Assembly (NCBI GenBank): GCA_011109175.1
Contig: RDEW01000035.1
Coordinates: 201,564-265,563, forward strand
Source: Dicyema japonicum
Taxonomy: Eukaryota; Animalia; Dicyemida
Direction: 5' to 3'
DNA: 64,000 nucleotides
Position 1 is the first letter of the stretch, and the number at the start of each line of letters is the position of its first letter. The position numbers were made by a program, and so were the translations under genes. Positions 60,202 through 64,000 of the stretch are shown here, in pieces. The notes beneath the pieces are model-generated. The model was given only the letters and a program-made list of their open reading frames with translations, ran no database searches and had not been told where the DNA came from.

Positions 60202-60721
60202 TTGATTTTAGGTCAGCATAATATTAATATTTTAATTTATATTATTTAGGTCTAAAATTATTATTATTTTTAAAAAATTCAAATTTAATTACTAAATTTT
60301 TTAAAAATTCAAATTTAATATCTAACCAATAATTCCTTAATAAATTTTTTCTTTAATAGATGTGGCTTAATAATAATAGATGACCACATCTCTACCAAGT
60401 TCATTCAAAGACAGGACTGGAACGATCTGCTGGATGGCCCTCCTTCATTAGTGGATGAATTGGAGTAAATCATGTACAGATAAATGAAGAAAATCCTAGC
60501 ATATTTACACTTTGTGAACGTCCTCATTAGAGACGAATCCGGCTGTTGGGTTCAATCATGATACTATAAGAAGCTTTCTCAGACCCAGGACATTCGGTGA
60601 ACATCGAAGACTTGTGGAAGTGTTCAACACAAGCTGCTGGACACCTGAGAACGATTAGCCTTCTACAAAGTGGCGAGGTTGGGACTACTAACTAACTAAC
60701 TTCGAGACGTACATATCCAAG

Positions 60722-60890
60722 GTCCCCCGATTTGGGGCAAACTGAATTCGAACCAAGACATTGGGGATCCAATGCTTCCTTGTAGCCCGATTTTAAGGTA
60801 TGTAATGTCTCCTAAGTACAAGGAGAAAGGGAACAAGAAGTTACATCCAAATTGATGAGATGAAGACATTAAGTGTACTAGAGATATGTT
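60722..60890 (-). mobile_element. Family C SINE-like repeat
   Basis: Aligns with 669-840; B-box-like GGTTCGAATT on the minus strand. Confidence 0.55.
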
Positions 60891-61306
60891 GTAGTACTAT
60901 GTCGCCAGGACAACCACCTGACCGATTAACAATTAGGGTAATAAGCAATACATTTATTGCTTCAAAAATATTATTTCGTCAGTTCTGATAGTGGGAATTA
61001 TCTTATTAAAATACTAAAATTGGGCATCAAAAAAAATTTTATTTAAAAACTAATTGATTCATTACTTTTCTATATTAAACAAAACGTATCAAGTCGACAA
61101 AGAAATTACTTGAATTAAAAGAAAGCTGAAAACAGAAGACGATCTGGATGATTTGATGGAGGTTGCGAGAAACAGGGGAGGATAGATACATGGAAAAGTG
61201 AAATCTCAAATTATTTAACTTTCTGCGGACATTGCTACTAATAATAATTTTTATTATTGATTCATAAAATTTTAATTATCATAGATATAGAGTTATGAAA
61301 GTGGTG

Positions 61307-61378
61307 TCCTCGTTAGTCTAGTGGTTAAGATTTCGGATTTTCATTTCGAAGTCCCGGGTTCGATTCCCGGACGGGGAA
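61307..61378 (+). tRNA. tRNA-Glu (anticodon TTC)
   Basis: Full cloverleaf: acceptor TCCTCGT/ACGGGGA, D stem GTCT/AGAT, anticodon stem TCGGA/TTCGA with loop TTTTCAT, T stem CCGGG/CCCGG with TTCGATT; oligo-T Pol III terminator immediately after. Confidence 0.93.
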
Positions 61379-61462
61379 TTTTTTATTTGAATTCTGATAT
61401 ATCGGTCTTCATAATTCAAAGTGATTTGCCAAAACGGAGTATAAAAAATTTCGTTTTATCAA

Positions 61463-61570
61463 GCACTCCTCATTAATTGTCCGGAAACAGTTTCAAGACT
61501 ATCACATGGATAACAACACTTGCACTCCTCGTTAATAGTCCCGGAACAGTTTCAAGACCATCACATGGAT
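61463..61570 (+). repeat. Direct repeat, about 49 bp x2 (period 59); 61530-61690 also recurs, diverged, at about 62530-62710
   Basis: GCACTCCTC(A/G)TTAAT..TCC..(A)ACAGTTTCAAGAC(T/C)ATCACATGGAT twice; CAAAACATGG..GAACGGAATCCT..GAAGAAATCAAAAATT at both loci. Confidence 0.8.
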
Positions 61571-61759
61571 TGGGAAAATAAGGATGGTCAGGCAAAACAT
61601 GGCTCACAATTATGAACGGAATCCTCCTTGCGAATCTATTCTCCGTGTTATGAAGAAATCAAAAATTTTGCAATTTAAAAACAAGACATTACGTAAGAAA
61701 TGTTAATGATTTCACTTTAGCACTTATGTCTTATTTAATCTTGGGTGGGTCTAATGTGC

Positions 61760-62075
61760 TAACTGTCTACACCTTCAATGCCAGAGACTTCAATGACCTG
61801 CCGAAGAGGCATATACTTTGTCAGCACTTGACTAAGTATTGAAGATCGATACGCTGCCTTCAAAAGACGAAAGTCAAAAAAGGCTTCGATGTGTGTCATG
61901 GATATTATAGACTAATTTTTACTTCCCTCTAAGGGGAGTCACTATGATAAGAGTTTGTACTGCACAAGAACTGGTTAATGGACTATACAGTTACTGCTAT
62001 CATTGGTAGAATAAGCATTATTCAATTACGGATTGAGCCTAATGGATCTCGGAAATTAATTTCCATTTTCAACAT
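61760..62075 (+). mobile_element. RTE-clade AP-endonuclease N-terminal fragment
   Basis: TVYTFNARDFND..CLQKTKVKKGFD, homologous to 47950-48130. Confidence 0.7.
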
Positions 62076-62949
62076 CTACTTTCCGCATAGTTGTAGTGTA
62101 TTGAAGGATCCGGAAGAGCTAGATATTTTCTAAAAGAATCCTTCAAACCGTTACGTAATTGGGTTCTTCCATACTTATTGCGAGTAATTGGAATTCCAAA
62201 GGAGGGGCGTAAGGAATTTCCAGGGTCAGTATTGGCGTACATTTGATGCACCTTTGACCCACTTTTTTAACCATAGTTTCAAACGTTCTGCATGCCATGA
62301 ATAACTTGGACTAGCTCCTGTCATCCTGATAAATATTAATAATCTGATCGACTAAATAATTTCTGCCGTAAAAGACATCTCTTTTATGCGACTCGAGATC
62401 TTAGAGTAGACTAACAGTAAACAGTGACCACAAATTTGTCTCTACTAGATTTGCCTTGATTCACCTCAAGTTGGCGCATGTGAATAAAAATAATCCCATG
62501 GTATCAAGGAAAAAAACACCTGCACATGCGGTAACGGTTTCAAGAGTCTGTATCTACATGGATCGGGAGAATAATGACGGACTTCTTTCCAACCAAAACA
62601 TGGTTCACTACTGTGAACGGAATCCTACCTTCGGCTACAAACATATTTTAGAATCTATTTATCTCTTAATATAGTGAAGAAATCAAAAATTCTGAAATTT
62701 AAAAAAGAGAAAATAATTAAAAAATATTGTTAATAATTTTTTAATAAAAAAATTAAAAAATAAAATTTAAAATTGAAAAAAAATCGTAACTTAACTTAAA
62801 GTCCCTCGCTATGCCACTTCGATAGAGTAGAGCGAAAGGGTATGAGGATATACACTTGAAAATACAGAATCAATAACCGAGAAAAAATTATTAAAAATTC
62901 CTTTATAACAAATTTCGTGAAATCAGCGATAGGATATGAACCTGGAGTG

Positions 62950-63350
62950 AAAGATCGAAAACAATGCTAGAAAAAAGCAGGAAAGTGACAGGTATATAGA
63001 TTCTCATGAACTCCTAGGGCTAACAGAATACACTCAAGAGGATGTAGAAAACCCTTTGATTTTTCGCCTCTTGTAACCTGGAAAATAAGGATTTTCTAAA
63101 TAAGATCATGAAGTAATAGTCACCTGTCTGTTTATTCCACATAAGAGGTTTTAGTTACCATTTTTGTCCATCAAATGCAAGAAAGACGCTACCACAATTT
63201 TTATCAACGTCAACCTATTCCATCGTATAGGATTCTATTGAACCTCTTCCTGAACAATATCCCAATAGTTCTCGCGTATGCTGAAGATTTAATTATTGCA
63301 TCGAGAGACCAGTATGTTCACACTGAGGTTGCCTAATATAAAATTTATTA
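62950..63350 (+). mobile_element. LINE RT relic
   Basis: IVLAYAEDLII (YADD-like); otherwise fragmented. Confidence 0.35.
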
Positions 63351-63434
63351 GAACACCTGTCTAGTCGGCTAATTAATATGCAAGCCATGAAAAAATTGTT
63401 CACAGTGATATTCACCTCACTTATGTAGTTCTGT

Positions 63435-64000
63435 TTATTGCCATTCGTATTTTCTTAATAAAAAAATAATAGCGTTCCACCATATTCCGAAAACATAAAA
63501 AAATGTAAAATTAAAATCAAATAGGGATATCGTCAGAGGTTTCTCTTCTAAAAAACCCGAAATCTTTAAATCAACATAATTTAAACTATTTCCAATGAAA
63601 TAAAATTTCAAATCATTCCGGAAAATTTGAGCTTTAAATAATATAAAATGAGCGTGAATTTTGTAAATTTTACGAGGGACCGTGATAGAATGCATTTCAC
63701 AGTAACAATAATTTCCAACTTTTATATATTTCCGATTATTTGGATACCATAACCCAAAATACGTTTTATTCTACATAAAACCAATCTCCGATATATAATA
63801 TTCATTTTGAGTCAAATTGAATACAAAAAATATTTCAACTAAACTTTTTTTAGAAATAACTTAATTCTATCGCTTTCAAAATCAATTTTTGTAATTACAG
63901 TCTTTAATATCATTAGAATAGCTCATCTACACTTAAAGTTAACAATTTACGTTGTGAAGATTTTTGTAACTGAGATATTCCCACTTAATATAGCCTTGAG
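63435..64000 (-). pseudogene. Second copy of the 45050-45560 sequence, running off the window end
   Basis: Shared blocks ATCTTCACAACGTAAATTGTTAA, ACGATAGAATTAAGTTA-like, ATTATTTAAAGCTCAAATTTTCC; ORF 63435-63695 ends in hydrophobic FTFFYVFGIWWNAIIFLL. Confidence 0.4.

Noticed and set aside
126-63695. Most 60-130 aa ORFs in the supplied track
   Set aside because: They are antisense or off-frame shadows of genes and transposon relics, or random ORFs with no supporting motif.

Overview
AT-rich eukaryotic (metazoan) genomic DNA. There is no prokaryotic operon structure, CRISPR array or rRNA. Hand splicing recovers eight intron-containing host genes: an FMR1/FXR-family gene, a VAP-like MSP-domain gene, ECHS1, a GT31 beta-1,3-glycosyltransferase, two Frag1/DRAM/Sfk1 (DRAM/TMEM150-like) paralogs, a BRI3-like gene and MFAP1. 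Also present are GTF2H5/TFB5, one 273-aa orphan ORF and a tRNA-Glu(TTC). Of the 30 GT-AG introns I delimited, 27 are only 21-26 nt, with degenerate donors and several at positions matching human orthologs. This suggests a dicyemid-like reduced parasite (inference, not proven). Most remaining sequence is transposon debris. Non-LTR elements: CRE clade (about 15 dispersed 3' fragments plus one long copy with two PHD-like fingers), RTE, R4-like, and I/Jockey-like. DNA transposons: a Ginger2/TDD-like element with intact TIRs and a 5-bp TSD, pogo, Buster-type hAT, other hAT-like and possibly Tc1 relics. There are also at least three short-repeat families, including a tRNA-headed SINE with a structured core and a non-tRNA SINE-like element with a 13-bp TSD. 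All identifications are by eye from motifs and recalled family knowledge; no database search was run, and boundaries of degenerate relics are approximate.
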